Under the pieces are notes generated by a model, which worked only from the letters and a program-made list of their open reading frames with translations, was not told the DNA's origin and ran no database searches. A stretch of DNA of 64,000 bases. It comes from Myxococcales bacterium (GTDB lineage: Bacteria; Myxococcota; Myxococcia; Myxococcales; JAKAPL01). Every line of letters starts with the position of its first letter. The first letter of the stretch is position 1. Location of the stretch: contig JAKAPL010000011.1 in the NCBI GenBank assembly GCA_021807105.1, positions 3,876 to 67,875 on the forward strand. The letters are read 5' to 3'. Position numbers and translations under genes: made by a program. This document shows positions 19,185-28,634 of this stretch, piece by piece.

Positions 19185-19739
19185 TCAGATCTCCATCACT
19201 TCCTTCTCCTTGCGCGCCACCGACTGCTCGATGCGGGCGACGCCGGCGTCGGTCTCCTTCTGGACGCGTTCCTGCCCCCGCTTCAGGTCGTCGGCCGAGA
19301 TCTGCTTCTCCTTCTCCATGCTCTTGAGCTTCTCGTTGGCCTCCCGCCGGAGGTTGCGGACGGCGACGCGGTGCTCTTCGCCCTTGCCGCGAACCTGCTT
19401 CGCGATCTCGCGGCGCCGCTCCTCGGTGAGCTGCGGGATGGGCAGGCGGACCAGCTCGCCGTCGTTGCTCGGGTTGATGCCGATCCCCGCCTCGTGGATG
19501 GCCTTCTCGATGGCCGGGAGGATGCTCCGGTCCCAGGGCTTGATGGTGATGAGGCGCCCGTCCGGCACGTTGAGCGTCCCGACGCCGGCCAGCGGCGTCG
19601 GCGTCCCGTAGTAGTCCACCTGGATCCCGTCGAGGATCGAGAGGCTCGCGCGGCCCGTCCGAATCTTGGCGAGGTCGTGGGTGAGATCGCCGAGCGTCCG
19701 TTCGATCCGGTCCTTCAGCTCCTTGAGCACCTGTTCCAT
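19185..19739 (-). CDS. frr: Ribosome recycling factor
   Basis: 184 aa. ...IRTGRASLSILDGIQVDYYGTPTPL...EERRREIAKQVR... gives a full-length Frr-like pattern. Confidence 0.95.
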   Translation of the reverse strand: MEQVLKELKDRIERTLGDLTHDLAKIRTGRASLSILDGIQVDYYGTPTPLAGVGTLNVPDGRLITIKPWDRSILPAIEKAIHEAGIGINPSNDGELVRLPIPQLTEERRREIAKQVRGKGEEHRVAVRNLRREANEKLKSMEKEKQISADDLKRGQERVQKETDAGVARIEQSVARKEKEVMEI

Positions 19740-19752
19740 GGCGCGATCCTCC

Positions 19753-20541
19753 TTAGCCTCGGGCGGCGGCGCGGCCCGCCGCCCGTTCGGTCCTCAGCTT
19801 CCCGATCCGCGTCCCGATCTCCTCGCCCAGGACGACTCGCTGGATGTTCCCGGCCACGTGCAGGTCGAAGATGACGATCGGCAGGTCGTTGTCCCGGCAC
19901 ATCGAGATGGCCGTCGAGTCCATCACCTTGAGGTCCTTCTTCAGGACGTCGAGGAAGGAGAGCGACTTGAACCGGATCGCCGTGGCGTCCTTCTCCGGGT
20001 CGGCGCTGTAGACGCCGTCGACTTTGGTGGCCTTGAGGATGACCTCGGCGTGGATCTCCGCCGCCCGCAGCGAGGCGGCGGTGTCGGTGGTGAAGTAGGG
20101 GTTCCCGGTGCCGGCGACGAAGATGACCACCCGCCCCTTCTCCAGGTGGCGCACCGCGCGCCGGCGGATGTAGGGTTCGGCGAGCTGCGACATCTCGATG
20201 GCCGTCTGCACGCGCGTCGGGACCCCATCCTCCTCCAGCGCGTCCTGCAAGGCGAGTCCGTTGATGACGGTGGCGAGCATGCCCATGTAATCGGCGCTGG
20301 CACGGTCCATCCCGGTCGCGCTGGCGGCGACGCCGCGGAAGATGTTGCCGCCCCCGATGACGGCCGCGACCTGAACGCCCAGCCGATGCACATCCGCGAC
20401 CTCCCTGGCCACCCGCTCCAGCGTCGGCGGATGGATCCCGTACTTGCCCTCTCCCATCAGGGCCTCCCCCGACAGCTTGAGCAGGATCCGCGAGAAGCGC
20501 GGCGTCTTGGGCGCGGGGTCCATGGATGTCGCGCCGGTCAT
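19753..20541 (-). CDS. pyrH: UMP kinase
   Basis: ...[15 protein letters not shown]..., ...[23 protein letters not shown]... It lies upstream of frr as usual. An alternative ATG lies at 20523. Confidence 0.95.
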   Translation of the reverse strand: MTGATSMDPAPKTPRFSRILLKLSGEALMGEGKYGIHPPTLERVAREVADVHRLGVQVAAVIGGGNIFRGVAASATGMDRASADYMGMLATVINGLALQDALEEDGVPTRVQTAIEMSQLAEPYIRRRAVRHLEKGRVVIFVAGTGNPYFTTDTAASLRAAEIHAEVILKATKVDGVYSADPEKDATAIRFKSLSFLDVLKKDLKVMDSTAISMCRDNDLPIVIFDLHVAGNIQRVVLGEEIGTRIGKLRTERAAGRAAARG

Positions 20542-20975
20542 AGCCCCTGCCCTGGAGCTGGGTCAAGGCCGCGCGAACGAGCTGCGATTCGGAGCAGACC
20601 GGGGGCAGTCTGCGGCGGCCGGAGGGAGTGGAGCGGGGCGAGGCCGCGAAGATCGCCGACACGAAACCGAGCGGCGTGCAGCCCCGGTGACGTCCGCGGG
20701 TGCGAGCGAGGAGGGAGGATCGGACGAGGCGGCGGCGAACCCGGCTCCCCCTCACCGCTGCCCCGATGAACGCGCGTCCCTCGCAAAGAGCGCTCCATTC
20801 ATCGCCCCTTAAAGCAGGTTCATGGCGGAGGATCGGCGCCTTTCTGCCGGCGGACCGGTCGTTCCATGCCGGTTCACCCCTTCCCAGACGCAGGATCCAC
20901 GCCGGCCGCCGGCGGACGAAGGGGGCGTGCGGCACGAGATCATCCGCCTGCCCCAGGGCACGGAGATGGGGCGGC

Positions 20976-21036
20976 GCTTGCCCTTCTCGGCTGCGGTCTC
21001 GAACGCCTCGCTACGCCGTACCGTGAATAAGACGGG
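20976..21036 (+). repeat. Copy of the 56-nt dispersed intergenic repeat (CCCTTCTCGG...CCGTGAATAAGACGGG)
   Basis: 20981-21036 is identical over 56 of 56 nt to 52959-53014 and to the reverse complement of 39331-39386. Confidence 0.85.
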
Positions 21037-21076
21037 ATGATTGACGCCCAAGGCCGCCGCGGACTACGAAGCGGTC

Positions 21077-21883
21077 ATGAACGACCTGCCCGTCCTCGTC
21101 GAACGCCGCGGCCCGGTGCTGCTGCTCACGCTGAACAACCCACGGACGCGCAACGGTCTCACCGGCCCCATGGCCGACGGCATCGCGGCTGGCTTCGCAG
21201 CGGCCGCCCGCGACGACGCCGTCCGGGCGGTCCTGCTGCGCGGGACGGAGGGCCATTTCTGCTCGGGCGCCGATCTCTCCGTGGTCCTGACCGAGGATCC
21301 CGATCCCAGCCCGGGAGGACGACGCCGGATCGGGGAGGCGTCCCTCGTCGGGCGCTTCCACCCGGCGCTCGCGGCGATCTGGAGCTGCGACAAGCCGGTC
21401 GTCGCCGCGCTCCGCGGCGCCACGGTGGGCTTCGGCCTCTCCCTCGCCCTCGCTTGCGACGTGCGGCTCATGGCGGAGGACGCTTACCTCGCGAGCGGCT
21501 TCCTGAAGATCGGCCTCTTCCCCGACGGCGCGGCCTCCTGGCAGCTCCTGCGGCTCGCGGGGCTCGCGCGCGCGACGGAGCTGCTGCTGGAGCCCGCGCG
21601 CCGGCTCTCGGCCGGGGAGGCGCAGCAATGGGGGCTCGTCGCCAGGGTGGTCCCGGCGGCGCGGCTGGAAGACGAGGCCATCGCCCTCGCCGAGCGGCTC
21701 GCGGCCGGGCCGCCGCTCGCGACCCGCGCCGCAAAGCGGCAGCTCCGGCAGCCCGCGGCGACGTTCACCGAGGCTCTGGCCGCCGAGGTCGCCCCGGTCC
21801 TCGATTGCCTCGCGAGCGACGACGCCGCCGAGGGCCTCATGGCCTTCTTCGAGAAGCGCCCAGCGGCCTTCAAAGGAACGTAG
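21077..21883 (+). CDS. Enoyl-CoA hydratase/isomerase (crotonase) family protein
   Basis: MNDLPVLVERRGPVLLLTLNNPRTRNGL..., FCSGADLS oxyanion-hole region. ATG 21077 is preferred over the TTG at 21041, which lies inside the repeat. Confidence 0.85.
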   Translation: MNDLPVLVERRGPVLLLTLNNPRTRNGLTGPMADGIAAGFAAAARDDAVRAVLLRGTEGHFCSGADLSVVLTEDPDPSPGGRRRIGEASLVGRFHPALAAIWSCDKPVVAALRGATVGFGLSLALACDVRLMAEDAYLASGFLKIGLFPDGAASWQLLRLAGLARATELLLEPARRLSAGEAQQWGLVARVVPAARLEDEAIALAERLAAGPPLATRAAKRQLRQPAATFTEALAAEVAPVLDCLASDDAAEGLMAFFEKRPAAFKGT

Positions 21884-21967
21884 AGGGGCCGCGGCGGGGA
21901 GGAGCCACCCCATTTTTCTTGAGCCATCTACGCGATGCCTGGACCTGTTCCGGCTCCCCTTTCCACC

Positions 21968-22559
21968 CCTCCGATCGCAGCCTCCGGCGACCCGATCGCT
22001 GCTTCCGGCTCTCCGTCCGCAGCCTCCGGCGACCCGATCGCTGCTTCCGGCTCTCCGTCCGCAGCCTCCAAGGCTCCGATCGATGCCTCCAAGCCTTCCA
22101 TCGATGCCTCGAAGCCTTCCATCGATGCCTCGAAGCCTTCCATCGATGCCTCCAAGGTCCCGGGCAGATCCTTCCGGTGACCCGATCGCTCCTTCCGGCT
22201 GCCCGATCGCTGCTTCCGGCGACCCGGTCGCTGCTTCCGGCGACCCGGCCGCTGCTTCCGGCTCTTCGGCGGGCTCGACGGAAGGCTTCGAGGCATCGAC
22301 AGGAGCCTTCGAGGCATCGATGGAAGGCTTCGAGGCATCTTCCGGAGAGTCCGGGAGCACGATCGATCGACCCGGAAGCTGCGATCGGAGCCCTGGAAGC
22401 TGCGGACGGAGCCCTGGAAGCTGCGGACGGAGCCTTGGAAGCTGCGGACGGAGCCCTGGGAGCTGCGATCGATGGCTTGGAGGCTGCGATGGATGGCTTG
22501 GAGGCTGCGATGGAAGCCTCGGAGGCTGCGGACGGAAGCCCGGAAGCTTTCGATCGGAG
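21968..22559. repeat. Array of ~27 contiguous 21-bp units organised as two inverted arms (junction ~22276-22280); no credible CDS
   Basis: The left arm has unit starts at 21981, 22002 ... 22255, with one 22-nt unit. The right arm has unit starts at 22281 ... 22533. 22107-22127 (CCTCGAAGCCTTCCATCGATG) is the exact reverse complement of 22315-22335, and the perfect inverted match extends to ~33 nt. All six frames are open. Third-position GC is only ~60-78%, against >90% in neighbouring genes. Confidence 0.85.
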
Positions 22560-22587
22560 ACCCGGTTCCCGGCCTCGGCGGCCCTTT

Positions 22588-22624
22588 GGGAGGGGGGGGG
22601 GCAACGACACGCGGGGTGGGGGGG
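22588..22624 (+). other. G-tract cluster (GGG-A-G10-N11-GGGG-T-G7) about 70 nt upstream of the 22694 start codon
   Basis: Read directly: 22588 GGGAGGGGGGGGGGCAACGACACGCGGGGTGGGGGGG 22624. The CAACGACA-G-run motif resembles the subrepeats at 52840-52856 and 52900-52916. Confidence 0.7.
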
Positions 22625-22693
22625 CGAAACTTGGGTCAGCTCCACGCGGCGGGCCATTGACCGCCCGCGCGTCCTCCGCTAGACGAGGGGGTC

Positions 22694-24547
22694 ATGCGAA
22701 TCGGTCGACTCGTCTCCGTGGCGGGGGTCCTTCTATTCGGCGCGCCGTTCTCCGCGTGCTGTCGCAACGGCATCCAGGGCATCAACGGTACGCTCGTCAT
22801 CCCGCCGGTCGACTTCGGGACGGTGCCGATGGGGACGAGCAAGACCCTGCCCGTGACGATCACCAACAAGGGCACCGCCTCGGTCCAGCTCTTCCCGCCG
22901 GTCACGATCACCGGCGACAAGAACCACGCCTTCAGCGCGACCCTCGCCTCGGGCATCACGCTCCAGATCGGCCAGGCCGCCAAGATGGACGTGACGTACG
23001 CGCCGAAGGCGGAGGAGACCGATGACGCGACGGCCTCCGTGAACAACGACACCGGGACCCCGGCGACGACCGAGCTGAAGGGTGTCGGCGGAAACGCTTG
23101 CGCGGGCGTCATCTGCAACGGCCCCGACGGCGGCAGCGACATCGGCATGGATGGGGGTTGGGCCTGCCCGGGGAGCTGCCAGATCCAGAGCGGGAAGGGC
23201 GTCTGCGTGTACGGCGGCGCCTGCGCCAAGCCCGAGGCCTGCATCACCCAGGGTAGCTGCAACGTCACGACCGGCGCCTGCGAGGGGCCCAACGACTGTC
23301 AGGCGGGCCTCAGTTGCGTTGACGGGGGGACGCTCACGGGCTTCACCGAGACCTGCAACCCCGGCTGGGCGCAGACGCACTCCCAGGAATGCCTGACCGG
23401 GCAACAGACCACCGTCACCTGCGACTGCGGCTGCGAACCCGGCCCGCCCGCCCACTGCATCTATCAATGGGACCAGGTGAGCTCGGTCCCCGGGGGCGGC
23501 GTCCCGGCGAGCGTCTGGGCGAGCGGCAAGCAGCCCGGCGATCTCTGGCTCTCGGTGATCACCGGGACCGCCATCCTCCCATCGAACGTGGTCTACCAGC
23601 AGGTCAACGGGACCTGGAACAAGATCGCCACGATCCAGAGCGCGCAGCATCCGATCTGCAGCGGGCCCGGCTGCGGGCTCGCCCTCTCGGGTTCCTCCGA
23701 CAGCGACGTGTATGGCGTCAACGACTGCACGACCGTCGTGGACGGCGGGTGCGGGACGGGAGCCGCCTGGCACTGGACGGGCGACGGCGGCGAGGAGGAG
23801 CCGTTCAAGCTCTTCGCGCAGAACAGCCCCGACTGGGCCTTCTCCACCGTCCTCGACATCCAAGGAACCGGCGTCGCGCTCAACATCGATCCCACCGGAC
23901 CCGAGATCATGGAAGGCAACCCCGCGATCCTCCAGCAGAACCAAGGCGACTGGGGCCTCGAGTTCAACACCCACTGGGGCTGCCAGACCGTGGGCAGCTC
24001 GCTCTGGGGCTCGTCGCTGACGGACATCTTCGTCGCAGGCGCGAACTCGGGCTGCCAGAGCGCAATTCCTAATCCCGTCGGGGTGATCGCCCACTTCAAC
24101 GGATCGATCCTCGACTCGTCGTTCTCGCTCGGCGCAGGCGAAGCGGCGGTCGCGATGTGGGGCTCGAGCGACAACGACATCTGGGCCGTGGGGACCCACC
24201 GCTGGCACTACGCGAACGGCGCGTGGACGGTGCAGGGGCTCGGCGGGGGATGCCCGGCGCCGCAGGCCGGCCAGCCTCCCACCTGCTTCGACTACACGCT
24301 CTGGGGCAACGGCACGGACTACTTCGCGGCCGGGACCTACACCGAGCTGTACCACTACACGAAGCAGGGCGGGAGCTGGCAGGAGGAGTGCATCTACCCG
24401 GGCTACCAGGGCGCGGGGGCCACCGTGAACTCCTTTGCGTACGACGGCCAGAACGTGTACGCGACGGCGAGCGTCGTCCCGCTGCAGACCGGTCAAGGCC
24501 AGACGACCGGCCTCGTCGAGCGCTGCCCCAACGGCGTCTGCAAGTAA
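22694..24547 (+). CDS. Secreted protein or lipoprotein: N-terminal Ig-like (ASH / choice-of-anchor-D-like) domain, a Cys-rich linker and a C-terminal beta-propeller-like region
   Basis: MRIGRLVSVAGVLLFGAPFSAC signal. FGTVPMGTSKTLPVTITNKGTASVQL is typical of ASH/PapD-like domains. Repeated W/G blades follow (...LWGSSLTDIFVAG..., ...MWGSSDNDIWAVG...). Confidence 0.7.
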   Translation: MRIGRLVSVAGVLLFGAPFSACCRNGIQGINGTLVIPPVDFGTVPMGTSKTLPVTITNKGTASVQLFPPVTITGDKNHAFSATLASGITLQIGQAAKMDVTYAPKAEETDDATASVNNDTGTPATTELKGVGGNACAGVICNGPDGGSDIGMDGGWACPGSCQIQSGKGVCVYGGACAKPEACITQGSCNVTTGACEGPNDCQAGLSCVDGGTLTGFTETCNPGWAQTHSQECLTGQQTTVTCDCGCEPGPPAHCIYQWDQVSSVPGGGVPASVWASGKQPGDLWLSVITGTAILPSNVVYQQVNGTWNKIATIQSAQHPICSGPGCGLALSGSSDSDVYGVNDCTTVVDGGCGTGAAWHWTGDGGEEEPFKLFAQNSPDWAFSTVLDIQGTGVALNIDPTGPEIMEGNPAILQQNQGDWGLEFNTHWGCQTVGSSLWGSSLTDIFVAGANSGCQSAIPNPVGVIAHFNGSILDSSFSLGAGEAAVAMWGSSDNDIWAVGTHRWHYANGAWTVQGLGGGCPAPQAGQPPTCFDYTLWGNGTDYFAAGTYTELYHYTKQGGSWQEECIYPGYQGAGATVNSFAYDGQNVYATASVVPLQTGQGQTTGLVERCPNGVCK

Positions 24548-24550
24548 GCG

Positions 24551-24970
24551 TCAACGGCCCGCCGGGCGAGGGGGCGCGAGAGGGGCGCCCGCATCGTCCA
24601 GGAGCAGCCAGACCCCGTTCCGGTAGCGCCAGTGCTGCTCGACGACCCCGCCCTTCTCGACCGGGTCCGGAAGGCGCGTCCAGCGCAAGCGGACGAGGGC
24701 CACCGCCGAATCCCCCGCGGGCGAAAGACGGGCCTGCCGCTCCTCGCACTCGTCGATCGATAGATCCTGCTCGTCGCGGGCCGCGTCGCGCCGCTGCCGC
24801 CAGCGCGTCCGATGCTCGGGGACGACCAGGGCGCCGGCCGCGTCGAAGTCCTTCCAGTGAAGCGCCTTGCAGTAGGCCGCGATCTGCGCGTCGAGATCGT
24901 CGCGGCTCCCACCTCGCAGGTGGGCGCAGGCGACGGTCGCGAGCAGCGCGCAGGCGAGAGGGAGTCGCAT
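24551..24970 (-). CDS. Small hypothetical lipoprotein
   Basis: MRLPLACALLATVAC lipobox. 139 aa. No family recognised. Confidence 0.6.
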   Translation of the reverse strand: MRLPLACALLATVACAHLRGGSRDDLDAQIAAYCKALHWKDFDAAGALVVPEHRTRWRQRRDAARDEQDLSIDECEERQARLSPAGDSAVALVRLRWTRLPDPVEKGGVVEQHWRYRNGVWLLLDDAGAPLAPPRPAGR

Positions 24971-25001
24971 CGGCAGGAATGTACCAAAGCCGCCGCGCGG
25001 C

Positions 25002-27137
25002 GTGTTAGCATCAAAGCCCGCCGCCGCGATGGCCCCGCCGCCCTCCCAGAAAGAGCCGAGAAGCGCCCCGGTCCCGCCGACCGGAAGGCGCGGGACTCCC
25101 GCCGCGACGCCCCCGGCGTCGCAGCGACGCGAGCCTCGCCCGCCGCCCCTGGCCCCCCTGTCGCCTTTGCAGCGCAGCGCGGTCGACCTGCTCGGCGATC
25201 TCCCGCAACCGGTCGCCGCGCCCTCGCGGCCACCCTCGCCCGCGAGGGTCTCGGAGGCCCAGGCGAGCGCCGTCGCCCGCGCCTACGAGAAGGAGCTCCG
25301 CGAACGGTACCAGGAGGAGCACGACGCCCCCCTCCCGTGGTTTCGCCGCCACTGGCTCGGCCTGACGCTCGCGGCCATCGCCGTGGTGGCGGCCCTGGCC
25401 GCGGTCGGACTCTACGCGCTGTATCGCCGCTACACGACGCAGGAGCACCGGCGGGAGTTCCTCGAGCGGGCGCAGCAGGGGCTCCTCCAGGATACCCGGG
25501 CTTCCGTCGAGGGGGCCGCCCATCAGCTCCAGGAGGTCCTGGAGGTCGATCCCGAGAACGCGCGGGCGATCGCGCTGGACGCGCAAGCGGCGGCGACCCT
25601 CTGGCGAGAGTACGACGCGCCCGAGTCGCTGCGCGACGCGGCCCGGGCCGCGCTCGCCGATCGGACTCTCTTCGCCTCCTTCCCCGACGCGGTCTGGACG
25701 GCGAAGTACCTCCTGGGCGACGACCCACCGGCGGTGGCCGCGAAGATCCTGGCGATCGTGCCGGCGCGGGCCGGCCCGTGGATCGACTACCTCGCGGGCA
25801 AGATCCTGCTCGGCCGGGGCGAGACCTCCGGCGCGCTCGCCCGCTTCGAGACGTCGCTCAAGAGGGCCCCCACGCTCGTGCCCGCCCTGCTCGCCGCCGG
25901 GGACTATTACCTGGGGGCAGGCGATCTCGACCACGCCGCGGCGCTCTTCGGAACGGCTCATGCCGCGGCGGTCCAGAGCGTCGGCGCCGCGGTCGGGCTC
26001 GCCGAGGTCCACCTGGCGCAAGGCCGGACCAGCAAGGACGATCTCGACGCTCTCGCGGCGGTGGAGGCGCCCGGCGCGGCGGCGATCCCGGCGGCTTGGC
26101 GGCTGCGGCTCGACGTGGCCTCCGCCCGCGTGCTCGCGGCGCTCGGCCGCGGCGGCGTCGCGATCGACCGGCTGGAGGCGGGCGCCGCGAACCATCCCGC
26201 GGACGCGGCCGCCTACGAAGAGGCCATCGCCGAGGTCGACATGGCCTCGGGCAGGTACGCCGCGGCGCTCCAACCGGCGCGGGAGGCGCTCGCGAAGGCG
26301 CCGGACGACGGCAAGCTCCTCGCCCGCTACGCACACGTCCTGCTCGGGCTGTCGCGCCCCCGCGACGTGCTGGACCACGTGCGCGCGACCGGGGCCGACC
26401 CCCGGCCCATCCATCTCCTGCGCGCCGTCGCGGCCGAGACGCTCGGCGACTGCGCGACGGCGAAGCGGGAGGTGGACGCGACCCGCAAGGGCGACAGGAT
26501 CCCGGCGCGGGGCGCGGTCGTCGTCGCCCTTTGCGACGCCCGGGAGGGACGGACCCGACAGGCGAGAGCGGCGCTGCAACAGCTCGCCGGATCGACCCGC
26601 GCGTCGGCCGCTGCGCTCGTGGCGCTCGGCGGGATCGAGTTGGACGCCGGCGATCTCACGGGCGCCGAGAAGGACGCGCGCCGAGCCGCCGGCGCGGATC
26701 CCGCCGCCTGGGAGCCGCGCTGCCTCCTCGGCCGGGTGCTCCTCGCGCGTGGCAAGATCGCGGACGGGCAGAGAGAATTGGAGGCGGCGCTCAAGCTCGA
26801 CGAGGACCACGTCGAGGCACGAACGGCGCTCGGGCTGTCGTTTCTCGCCCAGGGCCAGAGCACGGCGGCGGCCTCGCAGCTCACGGCGGCGGTCAAGGCG
26901 TCCCCCGAGGACGAGGCGGCGAACCTCGGGCTCGCGCGGGCGTTGCTCGCGGAGGGGCAGATCGGCGCGGCGTTCCGCTATGGGACGCGCGCGACCCAGC
27001 TCTCCCCCGGCGACGCCGAGGCCCACCGCTGGCTCGCCAGGATCGCCGGGCAGGCCGGACAGCGCAAGCTCGCGCGCCAGGAGGCCAGGACCGCCGCGCG
27101 CCTCGCCGGCGGCCGGCACCACCGGAGGGCCCGGTAG
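25002..27137 (+). CDS. Membrane-anchored TPR-repeat protein
   Basis: Pro-rich N-terminus, one TM helix (WLGLTLAAIAVVAALAAVGLYALY), then ~550 aa of TPR-like Ala/Leu/Arg-rich helical repeats (...ARTALGLSFLAQGQSTAAASQL...). GTG 25002 or ATG 25029. Confidence 0.7.
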   Translation: MLASKPAAAMAPPPSQKEPRSAPVPPTGRRGTPAATPPASQRREPRPPPLAPLSPLQRSAVDLLGDLPQPVAAPSRPPSPARVSEAQASAVARAYEKELRERYQEEHDAPLPWFRRHWLGLTLAAIAVVAALAAVGLYALYRRYTTQEHRREFLERAQQGLLQDTRASVEGAAHQLQEVLEVDPENARAIALDAQAAATLWREYDAPESLRDAARAALADRTLFASFPDAVWTAKYLLGDDPPAVAAKILAIVPARAGPWIDYLAGKILLGRGETSGALARFETSLKRAPTLVPALLAAGDYYLGAGDLDHAAALFGTAHAAAVQSVGAAVGLAEVHLAQGRTSKDDLDALAAVEAPGAAAIPAAWRLRLDVASARVLAALGRGGVAIDRLEAGAANHPADAAAYEEAIAEVDMASGRYAAALQPAREALAKAPDDGKLLARYAHVLLGLSRPRDVLDHVRATGADPRPIHLLRAVAAETLGDCATAKREVDATRKGDRIPARGAVVVALCDAREGRTRQARAALQQLAGSTRASAAALVALGGIELDAGDLTGAEKDARRAAGADPAAWEPRCLLGRVLLARGKIADGQRELEAALKLDEDHVEARTALGLSFLAQGQSTAAASQLTAAVKASPEDEAANLGLARALLAEGQIGAAFRYGTRATQLSPGDAEAHRWLARIAGQAGQRKLARQEARTAARLAGGRHHRRAR

Positions 27138-27161
27138 CACCCCGGGCCCCGCCGGCGCTCC

Positions 27162-27815
27162 TCACCCCCAGAGGCCCAGCTCGCGGAACGAGGCGTAGCC
27201 CGACGCCGCGATCACCAGATGGTCGACCGCGCGGATGCCCAGGACATCGCTCGCCGCGGCGAGCCGGCGGGTCAGCTCGCGGTCCTCGGCCGACGGTGTC
27301 GGGTCGCCCGACGGGTGGTTGTGCGCGAAGACGACCGCCGCGGCCCCTTCTCGTACCGCGGGCGCGAGCGCGTCCCGCGGCTGCACCGCGCACGCCCAGC
27401 CCGTGCCCGCCGCGACCTGGACGTCCCGCATGACGCGGAGACGGATGTCGAGCAACAGCACCACGAAGACCTCGTTCGGGAGGTGGCCGAGGCGGGGCTG
27501 GAGGAACTCGTAGGCGGCCGAGGCCGAACGGATGGGCCGCCCCGCGGGCGCCTCGGCCTGGGCCACCCTCCGTCCCAACTCGAAGGCGGCGCAGAGGACC
27601 GCGGCGCGCACCGGTCCCACGCCCCCGGCGCGGAGGTTGCCCGCGGTCACCCGGGAGAGGCGGGGCAGGCCACCGAAACGTTCGAGCAACTCCGCCGCGG
27701 GCCTCTTCCCGCTCGCGCCGCCGGCGAGCACGAGGCCGATCAACTCGTCGGCGGCGAGCGCCCCCGCGCCCAGGTGCAGGATGCGCTCCCGTGGTCCGTC
27801 TTCAATTCCGGTCAT
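27162..27815 (-). CDS. radC: RadC-family JAB/MPN domain protein
   Basis: ATG 27815 gives MTGIEDGPRERILHLGAGALAADELIGLVL (HhH-like N-terminus). C-terminal JAMM motif HNHPSGDPTPSAED. Confidence 0.85.
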   Translation of the reverse strand: MTGIEDGPRERILHLGAGALAADELIGLVLAGGASGKRPAAELLERFGGLPRLSRVTAGNLRAGGVGPVRAAVLCAAFELGRRVAQAEAPAGRPIRSASAAYEFLQPRLGHLPNEVFVVLLLDIRLRVMRDVQVAAGTGWACAVQPRDALAPAVREGAAAVVFAHNHPSGDPTPSAEDRELTRRLAAASDVLGIRAVDHLVIAASGYASFRELGLWG

Positions 27816-27920
27816 CCCCCGAGAGACAGCAAGCCCCGTGCCTCTCGTAACCCACCGGATTCTCGATACCCGCGTCCCGTTCCTGGGGTCCAACGTCCGG
27901 ACCGCGGTCCGGCGCGCACG

Positions 27921-28607
27921 CTATCGGCGGCGGCCGAACAGACGCAGCAGGGCGAGAAAGAGGTTGACGATGTCGAGATAGATCGCGAGGGCGAACCCGA
28001 CTGGATCGTCCATCCGCTGCGTCCGCATCAGCCGCGAGGTATCGAACAGGATGAAGCCCGAGAAGACGAAGCATTCGACCGCGGAGAGCGCGCCGTCCAC
28101 GGCCGAGCTCTTGAAGATGAAGACGTTGCCGAGGGCGACCGCGATGATCGCGAGAAGGCTCGTGAGCAGGAAGGTGCGCAGGAACGAGAAGTCGCGCTTG
28201 CTCACCGTGGCGTAGACCGAAAGTCCGGCGAAGGCGACGCCGGTGGCGAGCAGGGCATTGCCCAGCGCCGCCGGTCCAGCGAAGACGGCGGCCGGGGCGA
28301 AGAGAACGCCCGAGAAGCCGGTGAAGGCGAGCAGCAGAACGAGGTTCAGACCGGGGACGCGCCGCCATGCCTGGCAAGCCAGGAAGAGGCCGAAAAACAA
28401 GCCCAGCGAGAGCCATGAGTGCTTGAGGAAATAGAGCGCGAGGCCCGAGTGCCACGAGGCGGCGCCGCCCGCGCCGGTCGCGGCCACGCCCACGAGGACG
28501 AGGCCGTAGACCTTGCGGAGGAAAAGTGCGCGATCGTCGCTCTCGACGAGGACAGGGGTGGCGTCGCGGGGAAGCCCGGAGACGGGGAACTGGAGGCCGG
28601 CAGGCAT
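27921..28607 (-). CDS. Bax inhibitor-1 / YccA family membrane protein
   Basis: 228 aa with 7 predicted TM helices. ...FLRKVYGLV... and the C-terminal ...GFILFDTSRLM...AIYLDIVNLFLALLRLFG are typical of BI-1/YccA. Confidence 0.85.
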   Translation of the reverse strand: MPAGLQFPVSGLPRDATPVLVESDDRALFLRKVYGLVLVGVAATGAGGAASWHSGLALYFLKHSWLSLGLFFGLFLACQAWRRVPGLNLVLLLAFTGFSGVLFAPAAVFAGPAALGNALLATGVAFAGLSVYATVSKRDFSFLRTFLLTSLLAIIAVALGNVFIFKSSAVDGALSAVECFVFSGFILFDTSRLMRTQRMDDPVGFALAIYLDIVNLFLALLRLFGRRR

Positions 28608-28634
28608 GGAAGCTCCTTTCGCAGTAACCGAGTT

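Noticed and set aside
20809-21051. Small ORFs sharing the peptide PVLFTVRRSEAFETAAEKGK (also within 52763..53053 - and 38860..40023 +) as a conserved micro-protein family
   Set aside because: The shared peptide is simply the translation of the identical 56-nt DNA repeat. The flanking reading frames, starts and stops differ at each locus.
21968-22559. CRISPR array
   Set aside because: The units are contiguous 21-mers with no unique spacers between them. Half the array is in inverted orientation, and there are no cas genes in the window.
21870-22682. Calling one of the repeat-region ORFs (21935..22180 +, 22083..22682 +, 21870..22610 -, 21928..22338 -) as a protein
   Set aside because: Every frame on both strands is open because of the repeat symmetry. 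None has a plausible RBS or start. Third-position GC is far below that of neighbouring genes. I left the region as a repeat and flagged it as a finding.
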